Shown here: piece after piece, positions 18,672 through 28,062 of the stretch
Numbering within the stretch: position 1 is the first letter of the stretch
Layout of the letters: every line of letters begins with the position of its first letter
Source of the DNA: an uncultured Gammaproteobacteria bacterium
Lineage (GTDB): Bacteria; Pseudomonadota; Gammaproteobacteria; Pseudomonadales; Azotimanducaceae
NCBI GenBank assembly: GCA_913050035.1
Contig: CAJXAC010000003.1
Location: forward strand, 399-64,398
Direction: 5' to 3'
Length of the DNA stretch: 64,000 nt
Program-made: the position numbers and the translations under genes
The notes under the pieces: generated by a model
Seen by the model: only the letters and a program-made list of their open reading frames with translations
What the model was told of the DNA's origin: nothing
Databases searched by the model: none

Positions 18672-21344
18672 GTGCAACAAGGATTACCTCAACCGATAGC
18701 GCTAGCCGATTACCAAGCACCAGATTACCGCACAGTGAACACTGATCTTATCTTTGATATTCGCGATGGGGTCACTGAAGTTACCAGCACCTTGGATATT
18801 CAACGCCAGACGCCTGAGGGTTCGGTATTGCAGTTGGATGGACAAGAGTTGGAGCTGGTCAGTGTAGAACTTGATGGACGTTTGTTGTCCAGTAACGAAT
18901 TTCAGATCGATAATGAGCAACTGATTCTTCGGGATCTGCAAGATCAACATCAGTTGCGCATCGTGACGCGTATCCATCCGGAGCAAAATACGGCCCTTGA
19001 GGGTCTGTATCGGTCGAGCAAGATGTATTGTACGCAATGCGAGGCCCAAGGTTTTCGTAAGATCACCTACTATCAAGATCGCCCCGATGTGCTAGCAAAA
19101 TTTAGGACCACGATTATTGCCGATGGCGTGCGCTATCCGAACCTATTGTCCAATGGCAACTTGGTCGCCGAAGAACAGATGGCCGATGGGCGGAAAAAAG
19201 TAACTTGGGAAGATCCGTTCGCTAAACCCTGTTATCTGTTTGCGCTGGTGGCCGGTGACCTTGCTGTGCTGGAAGATCAGTTCACCACCATGAGCGGCCG
19301 CGATGTCGCGTTAAAGATCTTTTCAGAATCACACAATATTGACCAATGTCATTACGCGATGGATGCCTTAAAACGCTCAATGCGGTGGGATGAGGAGCGT
19401 TTTGGTCGTGAATATGACCTAGATATTTTCATGATTGTCGCGGTCGAAGATTTCAATATGGGGGCCATGGAAAATAAAGGCCTCAATATTTTTAATACCT
19501 CCTGTGTGCTCGCGTCGCCAGACACCGCGACTGATGATGCGTATCAGCGTGTCGAAGCAGTGGTTGCACATGAGTATTTTCATAACTGGTCGGGCAACCG
19601 GGTAACGTGCAGAGATTGGTTTCAGCTGAGCTTGAAGGAGGGATTTACGGTATTTCGTGATGCCGAGTTCTCGGCGGACATGAACTCTCGGGCGGTTAAA
19701 CGGATCGAAGACGTTGGTTTTTTGCGTTCGATTCAATTTGCCGAAGATGCCAGCCCGTTAGCGCATCCAGTGCGCCCAAGCTCGTACATTGAAATTTCGA
19801 ACTTTTATACTACCACCATTTATGAAAAAGGTGCCGAGGTTGTGGGTATGTATCGAACTTTGCTTGGCGATGAAAAATTTCGTCGCGGCACTGATCTGTA
19901 CTTCGATCGCCATGACGGTGAGGCGGCGACGACTGATGACTTTATGCGTGCTATGAGCGATGCTGGAGATGTTGATCTTGAGCAATTTAAGCGCTGGTAT
20001 GAGCAGGCGGGCACACCTAACCTACGAGTTGCGGAGCAATACGAAAGTCAGACCTTAACGCTGACCATCGAGCAATCCTGTCCGCCAACACCAGAACAGG
20101 AGCAAAAACTGCCATTCCATATGCCGGTGCTACTCGGGTTACTGGATAAGGATGGTCAGGATCTTGCTTTAACTGCTGATCAACTGGATACCAATGCGCA
20201 GTTTGAATTGCGTGATAACCGGCATTCGGTGATGGTTAATCTAAGAGAGTCGACAACGCGAATTGCGTTTACTGGATTAACTGAAAAACCGGTTGTTAGT
20301 TTTCTGCGGCAATTTTCTGCGCCGGTGAAAGTCCAATACCAGCGGCCCGCAGCGGAGTTGGATTTCCTTGCCAGGCACGATCAGGACGGTTTTGTGCGTT
20401 GGGATGCTCTGCAATCCATGTGGATGTCCCACTTTGATGTACAGCAGTCTGGTACCGACGCGCGGCCACACGACGCCGTGCGCAGCATTGCTGAGCAGGC
20501 GCTGACTCTCAAACATAGTGATGAGAAGCTGTTAGCAGCAACTATGTTGGCGGTGCCCAGCGAACTCTATTTGTTTGAGCAATTGCGTGGCTTCGATGCT
20601 CACGCCCTGTTGGATTCTCGGGACGCAGCATTGGCTTTAGTTGCGACCCAATCTGCCGATCTTTGGCGGAGCCTTTATGAAGCCTATGCCGCTCGAGGAC
20701 CCTACCAAGTAGACGCTAATAGCATTGCTGATCGTGCGCTGGCTAATATTGGTTTCAACTATTGGTGTCGCAGCCTAGCAGCGCAAAATGAAATCGTAGA
20801 GTTGCACTCGCAGTTGCAGCTGCGGTACGCCAGCGTCGACAACCTTACGGATCGACTCACGGTGATGGCCTTGGTGTGTCGATTGCCAGAAGTAGGGCAA
20901 ACCATGCGCGAAGAGATCTTGGAAGATTTCTATTCTCAGTGGCAGCAGCAGGCGTTAGTGATTGATTTATGGTTTAACCTGCAAGCCCAAAGCCCGATTA
21001 CGGATATTGCAGGCATCGAAAAACTAGTCGCCCATCCGAGTTTTGATCTCAAGAATCCGAATCGTGTTCGTTCAGTCTATGGTGCTTTCGGCATGCTCAA
21101 CTTACGCCAGTTACATGCATTAGACGGTAGCGGTTATCAATTTGTTGCAGCAGCAGTGGCAGAGGTGGACGCCTTAAATCCGCAAATTGCGGCTCGGTTG
21201 GCCACGCCTCTCACTCGATGGAAGAAATTTGATACCCAACGTCAGGAGCTTATGCAGAATGCGCTGCGTTCGCTCGTGGCCAATGATGTTCGGGCGCCCT
21301 CAAAGGATTTGTTTGAGATCGTTAGTAAAAGCCTAAAAAGCTAA
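18672..21344 (+). CDS. pepN: aminopeptidase N
   Basis: GAMEN exopeptidase motif and the HEYFHNWSGNRVT...LKEG zinc site. 890 aa. Confidence 0.95.
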   Translation: MQQGLPQPIALADYQAPDYRTVNTDLIFDIRDGVTEVTSTLDIQRQTPEGSVLQLDGQELELVSVELDGRLLSSNEFQIDNEQLILRDLQDQHQLRIVTRIHPEQNTALEGLYRSSKMYCTQCEAQGFRKITYYQDRPDVLAKFRTTIIADGVRYPNLLSNGNLVAEEQMADGRKKVTWEDPFAKPCYLFALVAGDLAVLEDQFTTMSGRDVALKIFSESHNIDQCHYAMDALKRSMRWDEERFGREYDLDIFMIVAVEDFNMGAMENKGLNIFNTSCVLASPDTATDDAYQRVEAVVAHEYFHNWSGNRVTCRDWFQLSLKEGFTVFRDAEFSADMNSRAVKRIEDVGFLRSIQFAEDASPLAHPVRPSSYIEISNFYTTTIYEKGAEVVGMYRTLLGDEKFRRGTDLYFDRHDGEAATTDDFMRAMSDAGDVDLEQFKRWYEQAGTPNLRVAEQYESQTLTLTIEQSCPPTPEQEQKLPFHMPVLLGLLDKDGQDLALTADQLDTNAQFELRDNRHSVMVNLRESTTRIAFTGLTEKPVVSFLRQFSAPVKVQYQRPAAELDFLARHDQDGFVRWDALQSMWMSHFDVQQSGTDARPHDAVRSIAEQALTLKHSDEKLLAATMLAVPSELYLFEQLRGFDAHALLDSRDAALALVATQSADLWRSLYEAYAARGPYQVDANSIADRALANIGFNYWCRSLAAQNEIVELHSQLQLRYASVDNLTDRLTVMALVCRLPEVGQTMREEILEDFYSQWQQQALVIDLWFNLQAQSPITDIAGIEKLVAHPSFDLKNPNRVRSVYGAFGMLNLRQLHALDGSGYQFVAAAVAEVDALNPQIAARLATPLTRWKKFDTQRQELMQNALRSLVANDVRAPSKDLFEIVSKSLKS

Positions 21345-21605
21345 TATAAAAAGTTAGATATTATCAATATGGGGCGCGTACCGCTAATAAGGTCATGTGC
21401 AGATGGCGCTTATCTGGCTAAAAAGTAACAAATAAATACCGTTACAGAAAAATAAACTACCGTCTATCGTGTGTTGCTGGTATTGCACTGGCGCTGTTGC
21501 AATCATTTGTTATGGATAGACTTCGTGGTCCACGGGTGCTGGACGAGGTTTCCGAAAGTAGCATGTGATTTTGGCTCGCGCAGTCGGAGGATTAGCTACA
21601 GCATA

Positions 21606-21640
21606 TTTTGCACGGCCTAATCGCAAAACAAAGTGCAAAA
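21606..21640. repeat. 8-bp perfect inverted repeat (TTTTGCAC ... GTGCAAAA, 19-nt spacer) overlapping direct GCAAAACA repeats
   Basis: Read directly: TTTTGCAC at 21606-21613 and GTGCAAAA at 21633-21640. GCAAAACA occurs at 21623-21630 and 21635-21642. It lies in the 445-bp non-coding gap. Function unknown. Confidence 0.3.
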
Positions 21641-21789
21641 CAAGCAAACCGGAAATACAGCAGAGGTTTTATGTTGCTCTCTCTGGAGATGCATGACCTG
21701 TAATTTGGTGGCTACCGAGTTTCTCTAAGCTTAGTTCTCTCGCGTAGGACTATTGATTGTGGCTTTGATAAAAGTTTCTGGAGGTTTCG

Positions 21790-22113
21790 ATGGTGGTCTT
21801 AAGGCAAGTATTTGTTGTATTTACCTTTGCGAGTGTATTCGCTTTGTCTGGTGTTTTTGCTGAGTCGACTCAGCTAGGTTCACAAGCTGCTGCGAGCGGC
21901 GGTGGTGGAGCCGCCGCAGGTGCAGGTACTGTTGCGGCCGGTGGTATTGCCGCAGGCACTGCTGTAGCTGTCGGCATTGTCGGCGCGGCACTGCTGGCGG
22001 TTATAGCCGATCAGATAAACGATGACGGAAACAACGCGACAGACAAGAAAGAGGAAGTAGTGCCATCGTCTACGACCACGACAACCACCACCACCGCGAC
22101 TAGCGGAACCTAA
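21790..22113 (+). CDS. small secreted/membrane protein, Gly/Ala-rich with a poly-Thr tail (no family recognised)
   Basis: GGAGG at 21780-21784, 5 nt before the ATG. Sec-type signal MVVLRQVFVVFTFASVFALSGVFA. GxxxG-rich hydrophobic core, then an acidic linker and SSTTTTTTTTATSGT. Confidence 0.55.
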   Translation: MVVLRQVFVVFTFASVFALSGVFAESTQLGSQAAASGGGGAAAGAGTVAAGGIAAGTAVAVGIVGAALLAVIADQINDDGNNATDKKEEVVPSSTTTTTTTTATSGT

Positions 22114-22133
22114 ATCCCGCAAACCACAGGGGC

Positions 22134-23834
22134 TCAAGTGGAAGGATACAGTGCCGGGAGCGACTCGCTATTTTTTTGTTGCTGGCTTGCGGTACTTTTG
22201 TTGCGTAGCAGCTCCTCAGCTAGGCTAACAATTTCTTTTGGGTCGTGGAGTTCAGGCGCTGGGCTATAACACCAAAAGTTCAGTGTTGATACAAAACGCT
22301 GGGCGTCTGGTTGTTCCGCAGTCCAAGTTCGCAAGGCTTTATCCGCTGGCATTGCGTATCGAAGTTGCAAATACTGCCTTAGCGAATGTTGAATAGCCGA
22401 GGTATCTGCACGTCTAATTTGCTTTAGCAATATTCGTCTGGATCGGCGGAGCGCCCAACTGCGGGTTGCCAGAGCGGTTCTGATTACCCTAGCCGCGAGC
22501 ATTGCTCCTAAGAGTATCGCAACTATCGCAAGCGACCACCGCAATACCTGGCTTAATGTTCCTGAAAGAGCATTATTAAATTCGCCTGCGTTATCTTGGC
22601 TGTTCTCAGTGTTGATTGCGTCCGCCAGTGAGTCTGGTCCTACTGCTGGTGGGTTGGCTGTGATTTCCTGTGGGTTGATCGAAGTGCCTAGGGCTTGGAA
22701 TGTCGTAGCGGCAAGAGTGCTGCGTCTAATTTGATTGGTTTTGGTGTCCCACCATACGATTTTGTTGGCCGGCAGCTGCAAAGTCCCTGGGTTTAAAGGC
22801 ATAAGGTTGCGCCGTTCGATTCGTTGGCCGATGACGTTTTGACCTTGAGTATTGTCTATAAGCTGGGCGGGCTGGGGATACTGTCGAAAAGCATCACTAG
22901 ATAGGACCGAAGAAAGTGGGGGCACGCTCGCACCGGTATTTCCTTCCACGGTGATTTTTACGGTCTGTGTTAGCGTATCGCCCACGTTTACTACAGCCCC
23001 GCTCAGGGCTGGTTCGAAGCTTTGGCTAAGGGTGACGTTTGTTGCTGGCAGCCAAGGCGCATCTCTTGGATAATTCTTTGGGACCGGCATAACCGTAATT
23101 GTTTCTTCTTCGGTAGCGACGCGTACGCCCTTGCGCGATACCCGGCCACTATTGAGTATGCGCACGCTCGCTGTTATTTCCGCTGCAGGAACGGTTAGCG
23201 TGCCGCTGGCTTCTGGAAAGATGGCATAGTTTTGCGTGACCACACCGTAGTTGCGCCCATTGCGCTGGATGTTGGTGGTTTGATTTTCTCCTAGGGTGAT
23301 CACTTTGGCGTCCGGGATGTTAGGTGCGCCAGGTTGGCCGCCGTACAGTTGCACGCCGTTGGAAAAGAATAGCTTCCGTTGCATGGAGATTTGACCTTGT
23401 ACGTAAACTCTGGTGCTGGAAAACGTTTGCTCATAAAACACCAACTCGTTTATTTGTTGGCGTGTGCTTGGTGCCAGCGGTTGCACGTCTAATGTTAGTG
23501 GTTGGGTTGAGAAGTTGCCGATGCGAATTGGCGGTATGGGCAGTTTGCCGGTTTTTTTCGGTTGCAGTGTGATCTGGTAATCCACCCAGCTCTGAGTTCG
23601 GCCATTTATGTATTGGTACTGGCTGCTGGTATTGTTACCCATGATGTGGAAATTTTTTTCTAAATCAGTCAAATCTAACGTTTCAGCGCGACGGGTGTCG
23701 TGCGCGCGAATGACCAGCCTGACGGATTCCAATTCCTCTATGGAGTCGTTTGAAAGGCGCACGCTGAGTTCAGCATGGGCGTAGGGTAAAAATAGTGTCA
23801 GCAGTAATGTGCCTGTTGCGCGTAGGTTCACCAC
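22134..23834 (-). CDS. BatD family (oxygen-tolerance) protein
   Basis: 566 aa with an N-terminal signal, a late TM helix and a C-terminal cytoplasmic tail. It is the last gene of the MoxR/VWA operon and overlaps the upstream gene by 7 nt. Confidence 0.75.
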   Translation of the reverse strand: MVNLRATGTLLLTLFLPYAHAELSVRLSNDSIEELESVRLVIRAHDTRRAETLDLTDLEKNFHIMGNNTSSQYQYINGRTQSWVDYQITLQPKKTGKLPIPPIRIGNFSTQPLTLDVQPLAPSTRQQINELVFYEQTFSSTRVYVQGQISMQRKLFFSNGVQLYGGQPGAPNIPDAKVITLGENQTTNIQRNGRNYGVVTQNYAIFPEASGTLTVPAAEITASVRILNSGRVSRKGVRVATEEETITVMPVPKNYPRDAPWLPATNVTLSQSFEPALSGAVVNVGDTLTQTVKITVEGNTGASVPPLSSVLSSDAFRQYPQPAQLIDNTQGQNVIGQRIERRNLMPLNPGTLQLPANKIVWWDTKTNQIRRSTLAATTFQALGTSINPQEITANPPAVGPDSLADAINTENSQDNAGEFNNALSGTLSQVLRWSLAIVAILLGAMLAARVIRTALATRSWALRRSRRILLKQIRRADTSAIQHSLRQYLQLRYAMPADKALRTWTAEQPDAQRFVSTLNFWCYSPAPELHDPKEIVSLAEELLRNKSTASQQQKNSESLPALYPST

Positions 23835-25588
23835 ACTTTTTCTCCCTGTCGGTGCTCATAGTTGCCATCGCGCAGTCTTTGTTTGGTCTCGTGTTGAAAT
23901 TTTCTTCGTAATAAACCGCCCGGTTCGTCGGGTACTCGGCGCAGCCACTGCTCTAGCGCCTCTCGTTTTTCGTCGCGGTTGACCATTTCTTGGCGCTGTT
24001 GGTCCTGATTTTCTCCCTCAGCTTCTTGCTCCGACTGGCGTTGTTCGTCGTTGGGTTCTGAGGTGGGCTCATCCGATTGTTGATCGGATTGCTGTTGCTG
24101 ATCGTTGCTTTGACTTTGCTCCGAATCGTTGGGTCGCTGGTCTTGCTGGTTTTCGCTGCCCTCTTGCTTTGCTTCTTCTTGTTGTTGCTGTTGTTGCTGT
24201 AGCAGGCGCTCAACGAGAGCTTTGTTGAAGGTGGCATCTTCGTGAGCAGGGTCTTCGGTAAGTACTTTTGTATAAAGATCTAAAGCCCGTTGATAATTGC
24301 CAAGTCGCGCTTGGGCGTTGGCACTATTGTATGTACCCGTGTTGCTGCGGTCTTGACCAAAACCACGCAGAGCGTCTCCCCAATCGCCGGTGCGATAGCG
24401 CGCCACTGCTCGCCATTGGGGGTCTTGAAATAAAATAGCTGCTTTTTCTGGTTCGCCGGCGGTTAAAGCCTGATGAGCACGCTGGTCGTCGCGCCACCAT
24501 AACTTTTCCCAGAGCGTCCCGGGCGTTATTTGATTTGCTGCTGAATCTGTAGCAGCGACTGCGTCAAGACTGGGTGTTGCGAAGGCGCAGGCCAGCATGA
24601 CCAATGCGCCGCGGCGAAAACCTAACAGGCATAGTGGCAGCAATAGTACGGCGAGCCAGTGACCCTGATCAAACCATGTGTCAAATTCGCGTTCTACCTC
24701 GATTGAGGCGTCTTCCGTGGGTAGTGGGGTCGATAGGGCGAGGGTGAAGTCATCGTCGCTGAGGCTGAGTTTGGAGTATTTGCCGTAACTTAGATTTGCA
24801 ACCTCGGCGAGCCTGCGCTCGTCCAGTAAGGCAATAATCTGGTTTCCCTCTTGGCTCAAAAGGTAGCGCCTCGACTCGTTAGCGGGCTCTAGCGGAATAG
24901 CCCCGCCCTCATAGGTGCCGATCCCAATGATAGAGATGGGAAAGGCGCGATTGCGGTGGCTGCTTACCGAACTGACTCGATCTATGCCATCCGTAATCAT
25001 CAGGATTCGGCCTTCGCTCATGTTTGCGTTGCTGAACAGTTCTTTCGCTATTTCCAGGCCGTGGTTTGGGTTGCTGCCCAGTACTGGCATCATTCCCGGA
25101 TCTAACGCTCCCAAAAGGTTTTCAATGGTTGCTGCGTCATCGGTCAGCGGCACTACTGCGTGGGCATCACCGGCATAGGCCACTAAGGCTGTCATACCTT
25201 CTTTGCGCGCACGCAGAATGTCAGTAATTTTTTGCCGTGCGCGCACTATGCGCGAGGGTTTTAGATCTTCAGCCCACATAGATAGAGAAAGATCCAGCAG
25301 CACAATTAATGCGTCATTCTTCTGCTCAACGTTCTGGGGTAGTTTCTCCCAAGTTGGCCCTGCTAGGCCGACCACAGCCAGAGTCAGGGCACTAAGGATC
25401 AAGCCGCGTAGCCATTGGCCTGATCGGGTCTCTTCGATATCCAGTAAAACGGGTAATAGCTCTTTGCTGATCGCGCTCTGCCAGGCCGAGCCTGAGCGGG
25501 TGCGGCGAAACCAGAACCAAGCAAGAACTAAGATTGGAACCAAGGCGAAAAACCACTGCGGACGGATGAAATGGAACGTTTCAATCAT
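23828..25588 (-). CDS. VWA plus TPR domain protein (BatB/BatC-like fusion)
   Basis: N-terminal TM helices, MIDAS motif LLDLSLSM, a TPR-like segment (ARLGNYQRALDLYTKVL), and a Q/E/D/S-rich tail. Confidence 0.8.
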   Translation of the reverse strand: MIETFHFIRPQWFFALVPILVLAWFWFRRTRSGSAWQSAISKELLPVLLDIEETRSGQWLRGLILSALTLAVVGLAGPTWEKLPQNVEQKNDALIVLLDLSLSMWAEDLKPSRIVRARQKITDILRARKEGMTALVAYAGDAHAVVPLTDDAATIENLLGALDPGMMPVLGSNPNHGLEIAKELFSNANMSEGRILMITDGIDRVSSVSSHRNRAFPISIIGIGTYEGGAIPLEPANESRRYLLSQEGNQIIALLDERRLAEVANLSYGKYSKLSLSDDDFTLALSTPLPTEDASIEVEREFDTWFDQGHWLAVLLLPLCLLGFRRGALVMLACAFATPSLDAVAATDSAANQITPGTLWEKLWWRDDQRAHQALTAGEPEKAAILFQDPQWRAVARYRTGDWGDALRGFGQDRSNTGTYNSANAQARLGNYQRALDLYTKVLTEDPAHEDATFNKALVERLLQQQQQQQEEAKQEGSENQQDQRPNDSEQSQSNDQQQQSDQQSDEPTSEPNDEQRQSEQEAEGENQDQQRQEMVNRDEKREALEQWLRRVPDEPGGLLRRKFQHETKQRLRDGNYEHRQGEKVW

Positions 25589-25591
25589 GGT

Positions 25592-26602
25592 TTAGCTGCT
25601 TGGCCTGCGTTGCCGGCGCAAAATATCGGTAAGTAGGAGCAAGATAAGACAGCCAAGACTTGCTGTCAGTGGCCAATAATAGAGCGCCTGTATTGGGCGA
25701 TAGGTTTCTGCTTCCTGAGTCACTGGTTCCAATTCGTCGATCTTGGTGTAGATCTGCATCAATGCTTGTGGGTCTCTGGCGCGAAAATATTGACCACTGG
25801 TTACCTGGGCGATGTCGCGTAAGGTGGCCTCATCAAGGTCGGCAGAGGGATTAGTGACGCGATTGCCGAGGGCGCGAAATACGCTGGGTAGGCGCATTTC
25901 GTCAGCGCCGACGCCCACGGTGTATATCGTAATACCGTCGCGAGCGGCGAGTTCAGCTGCTTTTGCCGGCTCTACTTCACCGACATTATTAGCCCCGTCT
26001 GTTAGCAAAATCAGTACTTTCTCATCATGAGGTCTTTGGCGCAGGCGTTTTACCGCAAGTCCTATGGCGTCGCCAATGGCGGTTTTGCCGCCTGCAATGC
26101 CGACCGGGGCCTCGACCAATAGGCGATTCACGCTCTTAAGATCGAAAGTAAGGGGGGCTTGTAGATAGGCGTTTGTCCCAAACAATATCAACCCAACGCG
26201 ATCTCCAAGGCGGGCCTGGGCAAACTGACCTACCACCGCTTTCACAATCGTCAGCCGATCTAGGAATTCATCATTAACCCGCATGTCCTTGGTCGCCATG
26301 CTCCCCGAAATGTCCACCGCAAGCATCAAGTCCCGGCCTGATGTAGGCAAGGTGACTGGATCACCTGTCCATTGAGGGCGTGCACTGGCGGCAACGAGAA
26401 ATAACCAAGTTAGCCAAACAAGTGTTAGTTTCAATAGTTGGCGCTGCCAGTCGTTGCTGTGGTTGACCTCGGCCGCAGAGAAAGCAACTAAATCTGGAAC
26501 GGTGAGGGCTGATTCGGTGCGTTGGCTTGGCCGCATGAATGTTCGCACCAGTAACGGCGCCGGTGCGACAGCGAAAGCCCAAGGCCAAAGCCACTCAATC
26601 AC
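25592..26602 (-). CDS. VWA domain protein (BatA-like)
   Basis: MIDAS motif LAVDISGSM, flanking TM helices, 336 aa. Confidence 0.85.
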   Translation of the reverse strand: MIEWLWPWAFAVAPAPLLVRTFMRPSQRTESALTVPDLVAFSAAEVNHSNDWQRQLLKLTLVWLTWLFLVAASARPQWTGDPVTLPTSGRDLMLAVDISGSMATKDMRVNDEFLDRLTIVKAVVGQFAQARLGDRVGLILFGTNAYLQAPLTFDLKSVNRLLVEAPVGIAGGKTAIGDAIGLAVKRLRQRPHDEKVLILLTDGANNVGEVEPAKAAELAARDGITIYTVGVGADEMRLPSVFRALGNRVTNPSADLDEATLRDIAQVTSGQYFRARDPQALMQIYTKIDELEPVTQEAETYRPIQALYYWPLTASLGCLILLLLTDILRRQRRPSS

Positions 26603-27110
26603 TGGAATTCTCGGCCAGCAGTCGGGGTGTACGCGTTGGGTGTACGCGTGTTAGCAATTTTTGCAGAAGTTGATCCACGGCCGCGACTTCTGCTGACGCG
26701 CCCGGTGAAAAGCGCTGTGTGCCAAGTATTTGACCGCATCCTGCGCTAAATTCTTGACCATTGGAGATAGTGTCCAAAGCGTTAAGCCATTGCTCATCCG
26801 ATGTCGCGCCGAGATTGCGGACGCCCAGCGCATTCACTAGCAGTCGTTTGAGTATTTCATTGCTCTCGTTAACGTATTGTAGAGAATCGATGTGCCCCTG
26901 GTCATGGCTGTCTCTCAGTGTTTTGATCATATTTTGCGCGCTGCGGATAGGTCGGCGAGCCTTGTGCGCGCGCCAAAGCAGCCTACCGGTAAAGACCGAT
27001 ACGGCGACTATTGCTGTGGCCAGCAGCCACCAGCCTGGTGCCGGAGGCCACCATTCCGGCGCCAGTGGTGCGTGGACATCACGCAACTGCTGGAGTGGGT
27101 TGTCTTGCAT
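26595..27110 (-). CDS. DUF4381 domain protein
   Basis: Start taken at MQDNPLQQL (27110), which shares one nt with the DUF58 stop (TGATG). EWWPPAPGWWLLA followed by a TM helix is the DUF4381 hallmark as I recall it. Confidence 0.65.
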   Translation of the reverse strand: MQDNPLQQLRDVHAPLAPEWWPPAPGWWLLATAIVAVSVFTGRLLWRAHKARRPIRSAQNMIKTLRDSHDQGHIDSLQYVNESNEILKRLLVNALGVRNLGATSDEQWLNALDTISNGQEFSAGCGQILGTQRFSPGASAEVAAVDQLLQKLLTRVHPTRTPRLLAENSSD

Positions 27111-28054
27111 CAGCTTACGAGATCCGATGACAGCTCGATACTGTGGGTTGCAAGGCAGCGATAGTTCATAGATGGATGACGACACATATCCTGCAGCGCA
27201 TCGCAGCGGTTTTGGAATTGCTGGGCGTAGTTCCTGCGTATTCGCGGGTTACCAGAAAAGAAATTAACCCGCTGCTCGCCATCGGTCACACTGTAGTGGC
27301 CTGTTGGGGGTAGTTCTTTGTCCAGTGGGTCATAAACATGAATCAGATCTACCTGATTATTTCGTGCCAGCCGCTGCAGATGAGTGCGCCACATATCTGA
27401 GTCACCGGTAAAGTCACTGACAACAAAGATGCGAAAGCGATTATGGGTTAGCCGTTGTAGTTGCTGTAAGCCGGCAAGTTGAGGAGAGTCAGACAGCCTG
27501 CCCGGGTGACGAGTTAAAGACTGATTGGATAAAGCCAACTGATTAAGCAGACGCCCGACGGCGCGGCTGCTGCGGTAGGGCCGGAACAGGTGCTGATCGT
27601 GATTATCAACGATCACCGCGCCGACTCGATCACCAGCGTCAAGGGTTTGCCAGGCGATGCGTGCCGTTATGTCGGCTGCAGCCACAGATTTTAAGCGCAG
27701 CTGTGACCCAAAGAACATCTGTTGGCTTTGGTCGACAAAAATTAGCACCGGGCGTTCCCGTTCTTCGCGGAATATCTTCGTGTGCGGCTTGTTTTTTCTT
27801 GCGGTTACCCGCCAATCAATCATTCGAGCATCGTCGCCAGGTTGGTACTGACGGACTTCTGAAAAGTCGACGCCGCGGCCTCGAGTTTTCGATATCTTCA
27901 ATCCGGATTGATGTCCTACGGCATTACTTTTGCTGGTCAGATTTTTTTGCGCGCTATGACGCAGACTCAGCAGTTGTTGCAGATCGACGTAGGCGCCTGT
28001 TAGGGCGTTTGTGATTTGAGAAGTCGAACTGATTTCAGGCACAGGGTTACGCAA
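27110..28054 (-). CDS. DUF58 domain protein
   Basis: GVDFSEVRQYQPGDDARMIDWRVTARKNKPHTKIFREERERPV is the classical DUF58 core. It lies downstream of MoxR. Confidence 0.85.
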   Translation of the reverse strand: MRNPVPEISSTSQITNALTGAYVDLQQLLSLRHSAQKNLTSKSNAVGHQSGLKISKTRGRGVDFSEVRQYQPGDDARMIDWRVTARKNKPHTKIFREERERPVLIFVDQSQQMFFGSQLRLKSVAAADITARIAWQTLDAGDRVGAVIVDNHDQHLFRPYRSSRAVGRLLNQLALSNQSLTRHPGRLSDSPQLAGLQQLQRLTHNRFRIFVVSDFTGDSDMWRTHLQRLARNNQVDLIHVYDPLDKELPPTGHYSVTDGEQRVNFFSGNPRIRRNYAQQFQNRCDALQDMCRHPSMNYRCLATHSIELSSDLVS

Positions 28055-28062
28055 GGGTGGGG

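Noticed and set aside
21790-22113. Idea that the Gly/Ala-rich, Ser/Thr-tailed small protein is a class II microcin-like bacteriocin
   Set aside because: The leader looks like a Sec signal rather than a double-glycine leader. No immunity, ABC exporter or modification genes are adjacent. The only C39-like domain is 11 kb away and is not fused to a transporter.
21880-22137. 85-aa minus-strand ORF rich in Arg/Gly/Cys
   Set aside because: It is the mirror image of the GC-rich Gly/Ala codon repeats of the plus-strand 107-aa gene. Only the plus-strand ORF has an RBS and a signal peptide.
23984-24199. CAA/CAG-rich repetitive DNA considered as a possible non-coding tandem repeat or CRISPR-like array
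   Set aside because: It is in frame within the VWA/TPR gene and encodes a poly-Q/acidic tract, with no spacer-repeat periodicity.
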